Source of the DNA: an uncultured Maribacter sp.
Lineage (GTDB): Bacteria > Bacteroidota > Bacteroidia > Flavobacteriales > Flavobacteriaceae
Length of the DNA: 64,000 bases
Direction of reading: 5' to 3'
NCBI GenBank assembly: GCA_938038975.1
Contig: CALHVP010000061.1
Span: 22,329-86,328 of the forward strand
Both the position numbers and the translations under genes were made by a program. The notes beneath the pieces are model-generated. The model did not search any database, was not told where the DNA came from, and was given only the letters and a program-made list of their open reading frames with translations. Below, in pieces: positions 1 through 9,441 of the stretch. Within the stretch, counting starts at the first letter, position 1. Every line of letters begins with the position of its first letter.

Positions 1-295
1 GCGATTGTGCCAAAAGAATTAAACGCACCTTTGGATCTTATTTTTTAGAAAGAATAGTTTATCAGCGTTACAAAAAAATATGTAATAGGTATTATACTTG
101 ATAAGTACCTAAAAGTAGTATTTTCAATTTCATAATGTTATATTTCATAAAGGAAGTAAAAGAATCTTTGCAACACAAGAGATGAATTTCTCTAAAGTTT
201 AATGAGTATATTAAGGTTCTAAGTTTTAGTTTTTTAGTGGAGAGTTAAGGGAGAAAATTAATTCGTTTCTCCCTATATCTTATTCTCTATAAATA

Positions 296-805
296 TTATA
301 GAAAATTACCCATTTCATCCAGTTTTACTCTTAGTGCCTTATCTCCATTTTCAAGTTTTAACTTATATCTTTTAGTCGCCCCTTTGGACTCTTGATAATT
401 TACCAAATAGATATCCTTGGTAATCGTCCATTCGGGAAATCGTTCCAAAATAGATGCCTTTACTGCAGCAGGTAGATTGACATTCTTAAACTTTTCTGCA
501 GTTCTAATTAACTTTCCCTCTTGGTCGTAAGCCGCAAGAATTTTACCATCGGGAATAAAAAAGGTAATGTTGTACAAATCATAATCATCTTGATAGAAAT
601 CTGAATTTTTCACATCAAAAGCCGCAACCTTTCTTTCCAACATTTCTACTGGTATTGATGCTACTTCTCCTGTCTTTACATCATTTAGATACTTATAATT
701 CATTGCCATTACAATGACCTCCGATAACTCTTCTGTCTTTATAATCTGGGCAGATATCTGGGTGGTTAATCCCAAGGCCAATAAGCCAAATATTACTTTT
801 TTCAT
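296..805 (-). CDS. Secreted protein with PepSY-like C-terminal region (Flavobacteriaceae conserved hypothetical)
   Basis: 169 aa ORF with N-terminal signal peptide; LPAAVKASILERFPEW...YKLKL...VKLDEMGN resembles PepSY-like repeats; boxed promoter at 863-905. Confidence 0.6.
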   Translation of the reverse strand: MKKVIFGLLALGLTTQISAQIIKTEELSEVIVMAMNYKYLNDVKTGEVASIPVEMLERKVAAFDVKNSDFYQDDYDLYNITFFIPDGKILAAYDQEGKLIRTAEKFKNVNLPAAVKASILERFPEWTITKDIYLVNYQESKGATKRYKLKLENGDKALRVKLDEMGNFL

Positions 806-893
806 AATAAAATTATTTAATTAATAGTTGAGTTTCAAGGAACCGTTGATGGTTCATATTGGCTAAATTATTTAGTAATGATGCGCTCTACAA

Positions 894-905
894 TGACCTA
901 CATCA
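894..905 (-). promoter_or_regulatory. CRP/FNR-type box TGAC-CTAC-ATCA
   Basis: -7 element TAATTTAG on minus strand at 863-870, 23 bp away. Confidence 0.8.
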
Positions 906-950
906 GTCTACAAATTTCGAATCAGTAAATAATTTTCATTTTATTAAGAC

Positions 951-962
951 TGATTTAAATCA
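951..962 (+). promoter_or_regulatory. CRP/FNR-type box TGAT-TTAA-ATCA
   Basis: Perfect palindrome; TAGCTTTG at 986-993, 23 bp downstream. Confidence 0.85.
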
Positions 963-1015
963 TATGGTACGCACTGTATCCAAGTTAGCTTTGATCAGAT
1001 AAGAAAACTTGTACT

Positions 1016-1471
1016 ATGAGAAACGTTTTAAATCAAAAAGAAGGTGTTGAGCTTTTGGCGAACAACTATATTGGTCATTTAGGGTACTTATCGGGTTCTT
1101 GTCCTTACGTAGTACCTATTACCTACTATTACGATGAGGCTTCCCAAACCATAATCAGTTACTCGTCTGAAAGCTATAAAATAGAGGCTATGCGTAAAAA
1201 CCCATTGGTTTCCCTTTGTGTTGACGAGATTTACTCGGTTACCGATTGGCAATCGATATTGGTGCATGGTACTTTTGAAGAACTTTCAAGTATTAATGCA
1301 AAGCATATGTTGCGACAGTTCTCTAACGGTGTAAAAAGTATCATAAATAAGGAACCTGATAAAAACGGCCAATTCATTAGTGAATTTTCAGCGAAGCTGG
1401 AGAAGGGAAGACCACCATTGGTATTTTTTATTAGCATCAATGGAATCAGTGGTAAGAAAAGAGAATCATAA
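1016..1471 (+). CDS. Pyridoxamine 5'-phosphate oxidase-like flavin-binding protein
   Basis: GHLG...PYVVPITY...KIEAMRKNPLVSLCVD...WQSILVHG split-barrel pattern. Confidence 0.85.
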   Translation: MRNVLNQKEGVELLANNYIGHLGYLSGSCPYVVPITYYYDEASQTIISYSSESYKIEAMRKNPLVSLCVDEIYSVTDWQSILVHGTFEELSSINAKHMLRQFSNGVKSIINKEPDKNGQFISEFSAKLEKGRPPLVFFISINGISGKKRES

Positions 1472-1544
1472 TAATTTACATCAATGAATTATGTCCAAAA
1501 CACAAGACGGATCATTTTAATAAAACTTGTAAAGACCTTTCAGC

Positions 1545-3914
1545 ATGCTAATTAAAACATTTAGTCAAATAGGTATCTCGGATATTACATCTGTAGGAGG
1601 TAAAAACGCATCTCTAGGAGAAATGTACAATCAATTAACTTCTAAAGGGGTTCGTATTCCCAATGGTTTTGCGACCACGTCCACAGCCTTTTGGAAATTC
1701 TTAAAGGAAAACGACATACAAGAATCATTAGAAAATATTATATCTGGTCTTGACAGAATACATTTTGCCAACTTGAGTTTGATTGGCAAAAGGGCAAGAA
1801 ACCTTATTATAAAAAGCATCTTATCTGATTCATTTTCTAATGCAATCATCAAAGAATATGATGACTTATGTGGCGAAGATGCCATTACAGTTGCAGTGCG
1901 GAGTAGCGCTACGGCTGAAGACCTTCCAGATGCCAGTTTTGCAGGCCAACACGACACCTTTTTAAATATTTCAGGAAAAGATGCCGTGCTGGAATCAGTC
2001 AAAAAATGCTTTGCCTCGCTCTATACTGACCGTGCTATCAAGTACCGAGAGGACAAGGGATTTCTACACAAAGATATTGCGCTATCAGTAGGTATTCAGC
2101 TTATGGTCCGTTCCGATAAAAGTTGTTCTGGCGTCGGCTTTACCATTGAGCCAGAGTCCGGTTTCGAAAATGTAATCTTACTCTCTGGTGTTTGGGGCTT
2201 AGGAGAGAACATTGTGCAGGGCACAGTAAACCCCGATGAATTTTACATATTTAAGCCTAGTCTTAAAAAAAAATACTATCCCATCATTCAAAAGAAACTA
2301 GGAGACAAGAAACTGACTATGATCTATGCTTCTAAAGCGGAAAAAGAAACGACTTTTAACGAAGATACTCCTGTTATTAAACAAGAACAATATGTACTTA
2401 ATGATGACGAAATCATTACATTGGGTAGGTGGGCAGTACTCATAGAAGAACACTATGAAAAGCCTATGGATATCGAATGGGCTAAAGATGGGATTACAAA
2501 GGAGTTGTTTATTACTCAGGCACGGCCGGAAACCGTTCATCAGAATAAAAACAAAAACATTCATATTGAATATAAATTACTGGATACAGCAAAACCTTGG
2601 GTTCAAGGCAATGCGGTCGGTTCCAAAATCAAAGTAGGCAATGCGGTTCTTTTGAACTCCCCTAGCGACGCAAAAGAGTTGACTAAAGATTCCATTATCG
2701 TAACCGATACCATTACTCCGGATTGGGACCCAATGCTTAAACAAGTGGGTGGAATTATTACGAATAAGGGTGGCCGGACTAGCCATGCCGCTATCGTAGC
2801 CCGTGAACTGGGTGTGCCCGCGATTGTAGGTTGTGGAAATGCCACCACCGAATCAATAACTAATGGGGAGACGCTTACTATGTCGTGTTCTCAAGGGAAA
2901 ACGGGGTATGTATATCAAGGGAAACTACTTTTTGAAGAGAGAGAAATCGATTTTTCAGGAATACAGCTACCGAATACGGAAGCCAAATTTATTTTGGCCG
3001 ATCCCGAAAATGCCTTTCAGCTTTCTTTTTATCCGAACAACGGTGTAGGATTACTTCGTATGGAATTCATTATTACCCACAAAGTTAAAGTACACCCAAT
3101 GGCCTTAGTGAGATTCGATGCGGTCAAAGATAGAGCGACCCGGAAGGAAATCGAAATGCTCACCAAAAACTATCCTGATAAATCCTCCTATTTTGTAGAC
3201 CAACTCTCTCAAGGTATCGCTACTATAGCAGCTGCTTTTTATCCAAAGGAGGTAATTGTAAGGTTAAGTGATTTTAAAACAAACGAATATGCCAATCTTA
3301 TTGGTGGTGTCGATTTTGAGCCCAATGAAGAAAACCCTATGCTCGGTTTCAGGGGTGCATCAAGATATTATAGCGACCTATACAAAGATGGCTTTGCATT
3401 AGAATGTGCTTCTATTTTAAGGGTCCGTGAAACCATGGGACTTACCAATCTTAAAGTAATGGTACCTTTCTGTAGAACTATCAAAGAAGGTAAAAGGGTA
3501 TTGTCTGTAATGGAAGAAAATGGATTAAAACGTAGCGAAAACGGACTCGAAATATACACTATGGTCGAGATACCCAGCAATGTAATCCTGGCAGAGGAGT
3601 TTGCCGAAATTTTCGATGGATTTTCTATAGGCTCCAATGATCTGACTCAATTGACTTTAGGTATTGACAGGGATTCAGAGATTATGGGAAATCTCTTTGA
3701 TGAAAATGATGCCGCGGCCAAACGTATGGTTGCCATGGCAATCCAATCTGCAAAAAAAACCAGCACTAAAATCGGATTATGCGGACAAGCACCTAGTGAT
3801 TTTCCAGAATTTGCCAAATTCCTTGTTAAAGAAGGCATCGACAGTATTTCTTTCAATCCCGATGCATTATTGCAAGGCATCGAGAACATTAACAATGCCG
3901 AAAAAAGCCTGTAA
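1545..3914 (+). CDS. ppsA: Phosphoenolpyruvate synthase
   Basis: 789 aa; VGGKNASLGEM, AVRSSATAEDLPDASFAGQ, GGRTSHAAIVARELG phospho-His motif, FSIGSNDLTQ. Confidence 0.97.
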   Translation: MLIKTFSQIGISDITSVGGKNASLGEMYNQLTSKGVRIPNGFATTSTAFWKFLKENDIQESLENIISGLDRIHFANLSLIGKRARNLIIKSILSDSFSNAIIKEYDDLCGEDAITVAVRSSATAEDLPDASFAGQHDTFLNISGKDAVLESVKKCFASLYTDRAIKYREDKGFLHKDIALSVGIQLMVRSDKSCSGVGFTIEPESGFENVILLSGVWGLGENIVQGTVNPDEFYIFKPSLKKKYYPIIQKKLGDKKLTMIYASKAEKETTFNEDTPVIKQEQYVLNDDEIITLGRWAVLIEEHYEKPMDIEWAKDGITKELFITQARPETVHQNKNKNIHIEYKLLDTAKPWVQGNAVGSKIKVGNAVLLNSPSDAKELTKDSIIVTDTITPDWDPMLKQVGGIITNKGGRTSHAAIVARELGVPAIVGCGNATTESITNGETLTMSCSQGKTGYVYQGKLLFEEREIDFSGIQLPNTEAKFILADPENAFQLSFYPNNGVGLLRMEFIITHKVKVHPMALVRFDAVKDRATRKEIEMLTKNYPDKSSYFVDQLSQGIATIAAAFYPKEVIVRLSDFKTNEYANLIGGVDFEPNEENPMLGFRGASRYYSDLYKDGFALECASILRVRETMGLTNLKVMVPFCRTIKEGKRVLSVMEENGLKRSENGLEIYTMVEIPSNVILAEEFAEIFDGFSIGSNDLTQLTLGIDRDSEIMGNLFDENDAAAKRMVAMAIQSAKKTSTKIGLCGQAPSDFPEFAKFLVKEGIDSISFNPDALLQGIENINNAEKSL

Positions 3915-4100
3915 CTTTGAAGCTGTCGGAAAGCAGTAATCAATCGTTCTTTAGAACTCAAATTTTCTAAATATAAGAAGTAGAAACGGGATATAAAAAG
4001 TTTCAGTAGTGCTAATTTTAAGGCTAGTAATAAGGATTTTAACACTAGGCTCAACCTCATGGAACACTATCTTTTTATCCTAATTCAAAGGGTTTATTTA

Positions 4101-4481
4101 CTAATTCGTGTTTCTACGACCTTGAACAGTTCTATTACTTCTACCCCTATTCACATTGTTCTATTTATGATATAATATATTATTGTCATCATTTAATTAC
4201 GGGGTACGCTCATATATAGAACGCCTTAAATCGAAACTTCGATTTCGGGGAGGTAAAACATTTCTTCACACCTAAACCCCACCATCTAAATATGCATAAC
4301 TATGTGCCAAGTGGTCATAATAAATACTTAAATCAGAAACATTGCGGACCACTTCTAACTAATTTGGATACAACCATGGCGGTGGCTGATGATTTACCCC
4401 TGAAGCTATTCCGACGGGACTACAACTACCAATAAAAAGTATCAATGCCAATAATAAAACCCTTGAATTTTTGAGTTCCAT
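4101..4481 (-). pseudogene. Decayed lipoprotein gene
   Basis: Minus strand reads MELKNSRVLLLALILFIGSC (lipobox-like), then PPPWLYPN*LEVVR...IYYD...YLDGGV*V*RNVLPPR with several in-frame stops. Confidence 0.55.
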
Positions 4482-4551
4482 ATCTATATGTTTAAAAGGT
4501 ATAAATATTACACCTAGGAAAGTCTACGAATTCAGAGAAGAATATTCAAAA

Positions 4552-4932
4552 TCAATGATAATTAATCAAAAATTGTTGCAAAATACCTACTTGAAAATCA
4601 CCTACCACAGAAAGGGCAGCGTCAGCATTCATTAATACCAAACCATATGCTAAATGAGACAGCTTACAATCACTAATAATTTCAGAATCAATACCGCTAA
4701 AAACTGGTTTAAAATGTTGGTCCAATTCCAACCCAGAAACTTTACACACTTGAATGGCTTTTACTACTGCATCTGATATCTGTCTGGGTGTAAGTCCTTC
4801 TTCTAATAAATCACTAGCCAAATATTTCATCCGAAGACTGTAATAAAAATCCATAAAATGAGCGATACTATCTGCGGGGCTATAATTATTAGTGAAAATT
4901 GTCATTTCCATAGCTACTGTTTTTGGATTCAT
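4552..4932 (-). CDS. Hypothetical protein
   Basis: 126 aa ORF, no recognised motif. Confidence 0.65.
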   Translation of the reverse strand: MNPKTVAMEMTIFTNNYSPADSIAHFMDFYYSLRMKYLASDLLEEGLTPRQISDAVVKAIQVCKVSGLELDQHFKPVFSGIDSEIISDCKLSHLAYGLVLMNADAALSVVGDFQVGILQQFLINYH

Positions 4933-5169
4933 AATTTATTGAATTCTTAGTCACCTAGAGTTTAATAACTTAACCGAGCACCATTTTTTTAAATTCTTTA
5001 AAATCTTTGGCAAACAACTCTATTTTATTCCCAAGACTTCGGTGTTTTTAATGGTAGTCCCTGTCAGAAAGTCCTTTTATATTTAAGTACAAACGAGATA
5101 ATAGCAGCTCATGCTGCCTAATATCATCTTCCAAATAATCAAAATAATTCTTATCTAAATCATGTAACA

Positions 5170-5361
5170 TTTTTAATATTCAGAGTTATTAGCCTCCTTT
5201 TTATGAAGCAAAGTAGCCAAAAACTTAGTTTCGTCTTTCCAGAAGGTTATGGCCTTCGGCGACTCCCTAATTTCTTGGTGAAGTACATGTAAACCAGCCC
5301 CTATATTAATGCTTTTTTTGGATTTGAAATCGTATTTTTCACGAGTCTATATTTTATTCAT
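5170..5361 (-). pseudogene. Gene remnant (hypothetical)
   Basis: ATG 8 bp after the upstream stop; MNKI*...GAGLHVLHQE / ITFWKDETKFL in shifted frames; left end approximate. Confidence 0.35.
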
Positions 5362-5368
5362 GTTTAAA

Positions 5369-6136
5369 CTATGATTGATATCGATTAAAAAAGCTGGCTT
5401 GTAGATTTTTTCTGGCCGTCTCTAAAAGCGTTTTTACCTCCTTAACGGTACACTTTTGTATCATAGCTATTTCTTCCAGTTCAAATCGATGTTCATTAAA
5501 AAGTTGGAAAACTCTTCGCATGGGAACTGGCAAATGATAGAGTACCATATTGGTATGCCTTCTTATATTTTCGTTACCTAATTCATGATCCAATTGGTCT
5601 ATAAATTCTTTATTATTGTCTTCGATAAAAATAGGATTCAAGAGAACATCATTTTTTTGATATGAAATATCGTCAAGATCTTCTATCATAACCATATCGC
5701 CATCACCATAGGTACTAAATTTTTCTTCCATTGCATCCCACTCCGGTTTGGAGTACCTGTCTATGTCCTCAATAAACAAGCTATCGAACTCCTCCTCTAT
5801 CAGTGCATCTTCTAATAATTCATCAGCCTTTTTAAATAGCCAAGGGTGCAAATCTTGTCCGTGCATAACCTCATCAAAATGGTCATAAGCTTCAATAAAC
5901 AAATGATCAACAAAGTCATCTGCCGTATATCTTCCAATATCTAGTTTCTTATTAGTTAAAGCCGTAGCTATGTTTTTTTGAATATATCGCTTTACATCAG
6001 ACATCGCTTTAAGCAGCAAGGCGTTAAAAGCTGTGGTGTTACTCTCCTTTTTAAAACGAACTAAATCAACATAACTACTTGCTACAAAAAGATGAAACTC
6101 GCGAGGTTGTTTTTTAGAATCAATTATATCACTCAT
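5369..6136 (-). CDS. Sigma-70 region 4 domain protein (atypical ECF-like)
   Basis: C-terminal LPVPMRRVFQL...LEEIAMIQKCTVKEVKTLLETARKNL region-4 HTH; degenerate region-2-like ADDFVDHLFIEAY...LHPWLFKKA. Confidence 0.7.
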   Translation of the reverse strand: MSDIIDSKKQPREFHLFVASSYVDLVRFKKESNTTAFNALLLKAMSDVKRYIQKNIATALTNKKLDIGRYTADDFVDHLFIEAYDHFDEVMHGQDLHPWLFKKADELLEDALIEEEFDSLFIEDIDRYSKPEWDAMEEKFSTYGDGDMVMIEDLDDISYQKNDVLLNPIFIEDNNKEFIDQLDHELGNENIRRHTNMVLYHLPVPMRRVFQLFNEHRFELEEIAMIQKCTVKEVKTLLETARKNLQASFFNRYQS

Positions 6137-6189
6137 GAATAATAATTTTATTGTTTATCAAAAATGCAAATTTGTCTTTGTACACTAAA

Positions 6190-6201
6190 TGATATAGATC
6201 A
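6190..6201 (-). promoter_or_regulatory. CRP/FNR-type box TGAT-ATAG-ATCA
   Basis: CATTTTTG on minus strand at 6159-6166, 23 bp away. Confidence 0.75.
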
Positions 6202-6252
6202 GTACCTCCTTGGTAAAAAGAAAAAAGAAAAACTCATAAAAAAAGACCAAAC

Positions 6253-6264
6253 TGACCTAGGTCA
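6253..6264 (+). promoter_or_regulatory. CRP/FNR-type box TGAC-CTAG-GTCA
   Basis: Perfect palindrome; TATTTTAG at 6288-6295, 23 bp downstream. Confidence 0.85.
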
Positions 6265-6299
6265 TTTTAGACCTGATAATAGGAATGTATTTTAGCTGT

Positions 6300-6526
6300 A
6301 TAATTAGGAAAGAGTAAAAGTTCATTGAAAAAATAGTATACGCACATAGTACTCGGGGGAATAACTAATGCGTACTAAAAGAAGAGGTTATATATACCTT
6401 TTAATATCTTTTGAATCTCGAACGGGTATAGAAATATATTCTAGTAGGATATCAGTATAAAGATAATATTAGGTTGATGATTATCTTCTTAGAAATCGGG
6501 GTACTTCGGTGCCCCGGTTTCTTTTA
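6300..6526 (+). ncRNA. Candidate regulon-controlled small RNA (or 30-aa sORF 6368-6460)
   Basis: Boxed promoter upstream; internal hairpin TAGTATACGCA/TGCGTACTA; strong terminator at 6491-6525; no ORF of 60 aa or more. Confidence 0.5.
6491..6525 (+). terminator. Intrinsic terminator with C-UUCG-G tetraloop
   Basis: AGAAATCGGGGTAC-TTCG-GTGCCCCGGTTTCT followed by T run. Confidence 0.8.
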
Positions 6527-6679
6527 AAATATGATATTGGTCCTTAGTTCCGTAAGGAAAAATGGGCCATAGCGATTCGAGAGATACAGTTCGTGCCAAA
6601 ATCAACTTCTAAATCATTTTAGAGATAACATGATGTAAAAGATTGTTAAGAAGTATAAACAAATTCAAACGTTTCGTAG

Positions 6680-6707
6680 GAAACAGGAGACCAAGGTCTC
6701 CTGTTTC
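6680..6707. terminator. Hairpin, probable terminator
   Basis: GAAACAGGAGACC-AA-GGTCTCCTGTTTC perfect inverted repeat downstream of the minus-strand gene ending at 6770. Confidence 0.65.
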
Positions 6708-6769
6708 TATTTTCAATAGTTTTAAAAAATTCAATTGTAGAAAGCCGTACCCAAAATCAAACCAGTTTA

Positions 6770-7265
6770 TTATTCACTATTTGTAATCAGTGCTTCCAAC
6801 ATATCTAATTCATATTCATACCCTCTTATCATAAGTAAAAAAGACCTTTCGTTTAATTCTTTTGAGTGTATAGAAACATTTTTTTTGGTTATTCCTAGGT
6901 CCCTGAGAATTTTATAGGGGCCGGAATATATTTCCCCAAAAGCTTTACCAACTATATCATTTAAGAATTGTGATGCCAATGACCCTGCTATAAATAGCAT
7001 ACTAATTTCAGAATTACAAAAAAGTCCAAATTGGGAGGTAGGCCCCAAGTAACTTTTCCAAAACTCTCGTAATTCTTTTTTTAGTCTTTAACATCTCATC
7101 ATCCTCTAAAACATAATCTTGCATCGATTTCCCCAAAACAGAAAATTGTAGCTGTGATGAGACATACTTCTGTATCTCATTAATGACCTTTTCAAGTTGC
7201 CATAAATGGCGATAACTTCTTATAATAAAATGTTTTAGTTCCTGTTTGTAAGTCTTTGTCCGCAT
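6770..7265 (-). pseudogene. Frameshifted hypothetical protein
   Basis: ORFs 7014-7265 and 6770-7048 join into one frame (...KTKKELREFWKSYLGPTSQFG...) if one base is removed from the T7 run at 7076-7082. Confidence 0.7.
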
Positions 7266-7344
7266 TATTTAGGAATGTTTAATAGCTAAGTAGGTGAGCT
7301 CATTCCTGTTCTACTTGTTTAAAAAGCATCTTAACTCCCAAAAA

Positions 7345-7356
7345 TGACTAAGGTCA
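7345..7356 (+). promoter_or_regulatory. CRP/FNR-type box TGAC-TAAG-GTCA
   Basis: TATTTTTG at 7380-7387, 23 bp downstream. Confidence 0.85.
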
Positions 7357-7427
7357 TTTCAAACGTATTTGTTCTACTCTATTTTTGAATAGATATTTAA
7401 ATAAATCAATAACTTAAAACTATTATC

Positions 7428-7757
7428 ATGACAAACGACAGTGGAAATGTTTTACTAGCACTTTTAACAGGAGCTGCAATAGGAGCTGGAATCGGAATTT
7501 TATACGCACCTGATAAGGGAATCGAGACCCGACATAAAATCAAACAAAAGGTGGACGACACCACGCACGATTTATCAGACAGAATTTCGCATGCAAAAGA
7601 GGAACTTACGAAAACCGCAAATGAGAAAAAAGATGTCTTTGACCGTAAACTGGACGAGGCTATCTCTACCATGAGTTATAAAGCAGATGATATCATCGAA
7701 AAGCTGGAAAGCAAATTGGAAGACCTTAAAAAGAAAAATGCCCAACTCCAAAAATAG
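7428..7757 (+). CDS. YtxH-domain general stress protein
   Basis: LLTGAAIGAGIGILYAPDKGIETR motif followed by coiled coil. Confidence 0.9.
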   Translation: MTNDSGNVLLALLTGAAIGAGIGILYAPDKGIETRHKIKQKVDDTTHDLSDRISHAKEELTKTANEKKDVFDRKLDEAISTMSYKADDIIEKLESKLEDLKKKNAQLQK

Positions 7758-7762
7758 CTGAT

Positions 7763-8107
7763 ATGGCTTTTGAAGAATTCAAAAAGGACCTCATGGGTGC
7801 GGAAGCCGATATGAGGTCTTATGTGGAACATAGCGACGAATACCTGAGACTTAGAATTTTTAAAGTCGTAATGCACCATTTAACAGGTATTACACAGGTT
7901 GTGCTAATTGGTATCGGTTTCGTTTTCGCGATGCTATTCTTATCGTTCGCTGCCTGTTTGGCCTTATCCGATGAACTAAACAGTTACTTTAGTGGTTTCA
8001 TAATCGTAGGCGGCTTTTATGTAGTCTTAGGAATTATGCTGTACGTTTTTAGGGCGAAACTGAATGCTCCAATTCTTAAAAAATTCTCTAAACACTATTT
8101 CGAATGA
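7763..8107 (+). CDS. Two-TM membrane protein (holin-like superfamily)
   Basis: Two hydrophobic helices; directly follows the YtxH gene. Confidence 0.65.
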   Translation: MAFEEFKKDLMGAEADMRSYVEHSDEYLRLRIFKVVMHHLTGITQVVLIGIGFVFAMLFLSFAACLALSDELNSYFSGFIIVGGFYVVLGIMLYVFRAKLNAPILKKFSKHYFE

Positions 8108-8361
8108 GTAAGGTAAAAGAATACAAGTCCTTTGAGGAAATAGACGCACGTTTAAAAGTTTTAAAACTGCAACGGGAAATTGACCAAGAAAGCCTAAAAC
8201 TACATTATTACAGGACCAAGATAGATTTGGTTCCTCGTAAACTGTTACTGGGCTTAGGCGCAACCTTCACCCAGAACAACACCTGGAAGAATATGCTTAT
8301 GGCTCTTGTTACCCAGAAAGTGTTAGGTATGCTCGGTAAGCGGCGCCAAAAGAAAGTTTAA
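8104..8361 (+). CDS. Small hypothetical protein (DUF6327-like)
   Basis: YKSFEEIDARLKVLKLQREID pattern; overlaps upstream stop by 4 nt. Confidence 0.65.
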   Translation: MSKVKEYKSFEEIDARLKVLKLQREIDQESLKLHYYRTKIDLVPRKLLLGLGATFTQNNTWKNMLMALVTQKVLGMLGKRRQKKV

Positions 8362-8370
8362 GCGTAGCAC

Positions 8371-9441
8371 TTATTTAAAACCCGCAACAAGCTCTAGTTC
8401 TTCTTTATCCAAAATAATAATCCTTCTACCACTATCCGTAGTAATCAAACCTTCATCCTTAAAATCTGAAAGGGTACGAATTGCCGTTTCGGTTGCTGTA
8501 CCTATCATGCCAGCAAAATCTTCACGAGGAATAGACATGCCTTGGTTTGGCTTTTCCTTGATCAGACCCTTTTCATAAAGTTCCAATAAAGCTTTTGCGG
8601 CACGCTGCCTTACCGATGCAAAGGCCATATCTACCAGATGAGCCTGTACACTAATCAAATTATTGGAAATCATGTTTATAAATTTTTGGGATACCATATG
8701 GTTTCCAAATAGTAATTTTATAAAATCGGCCTTTGGAATAGCACAAAGTTCAGCATCCTCCAAGACAACAGCATTCTCTACATAGGTTCCTGCAGCATGC
8801 AGCAAGGACAATTGACCCACAAAATCACCAGGGCCATAAAGACCTGTAACCAGTTCTTTTCCGGACTCTGTACCTTTATATGTTTTAATATTCCCACTTT
8901 CTATAAAATAAAGTGAATGGGCATTATCTCCTTCCCAAAAGATAATTTCCTTTTTTTCATAAGACCTTAGATTATGGTTTTTGGAGAGGCCCTCCAAATC
9001 TTTATATTCAGACGCCTCTTCCAAAAAAGTGTTTATACTTTCTAAATTTTTTATGATTTCTTTTTTTAAACTATCGTGCTTTTTTAAGCGACAGGCAATG
9101 GCTTCCAACAGTTCGTGCTCTTCAAATGGCTTTGTTAAATAGTCATCCGCACCCAAGTTCATCCCCATCCGCATAGCCTCTCTATCTGTTTTAGCGGTAA
9201 GAAAAATAAATGGGATGCTAGCCGTACCACTATCCTTACCTAAAACTCGTAGTACTTCGAATCCGTCCATTTGTGGCATCATTATGTCACAAATCACTAA
9301 ATCTGGTAAAAACCCTTTGGCTTTTTCAATACCAATAATACCATTCTCGGCCGTAAGCACTTGATAATTAGCTAGCGTCATTATTTCAGCTGTATTTTCT
9401 CTTACAGCTTTATTGTCTTCAATTATCAATATTTTTTTCAT
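8371..9441 (-). CDS. Response regulator: receiver domain fused to CRP/FNR cNMP-binding and HTH domains
   Basis: KKILIIEDN, ICDIMMP (phospho-Asp), DDYLTKPF; C-terminal PREDFAGMIGTATETAIRTLSDFK HTH; start may be 9447. Confidence 0.92.
   Translation of the reverse strand: MKKILIIEDNKAVRENTAEIMTLANYQVLTAENGIIGIEKAKGFLPDLVICDIMMPQMDGFEVLRVLGKDSGTASIPFIFLTAKTDREAMRMGMNLGADDYLTKPFEEHELLEAIACRLKKHDSLKKEIIKNLESINTFLEEASEYKDLEGLSKNHNLRSYEKKEIIFWEGDNAHSLYFIESGNIKTYKGTESGKELVTGLYGPGDFVGQLSLLHAAGTYVENAVVLEDAELCAIPKADFIKLLFGNHMVSQKFINMISNNLISVQAHLVDMAFASVRQRAAKALLELYEKGLIKEKPNQGMSIPREDFAGMIGTATETAIRTLSDFKDEGLITTDSGRRIIILDKEELELVAGFK

Noticed and set aside
1-133. Possible minus-strand gene start at the window edge
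   Set aside because: Frame closes early and no motif is recognisable
5115-5162. Near-matches to the box (TGCC-TAAT-ATCA, TTAT-CTAA-ATCA)
   Set aside because: One mismatch each and no convincing -7 element at 23 bp
7763-8107. Holin-like gene as prophage evidence
   Set aside because: No phage genes nearby; sits in a YtxH stress operon
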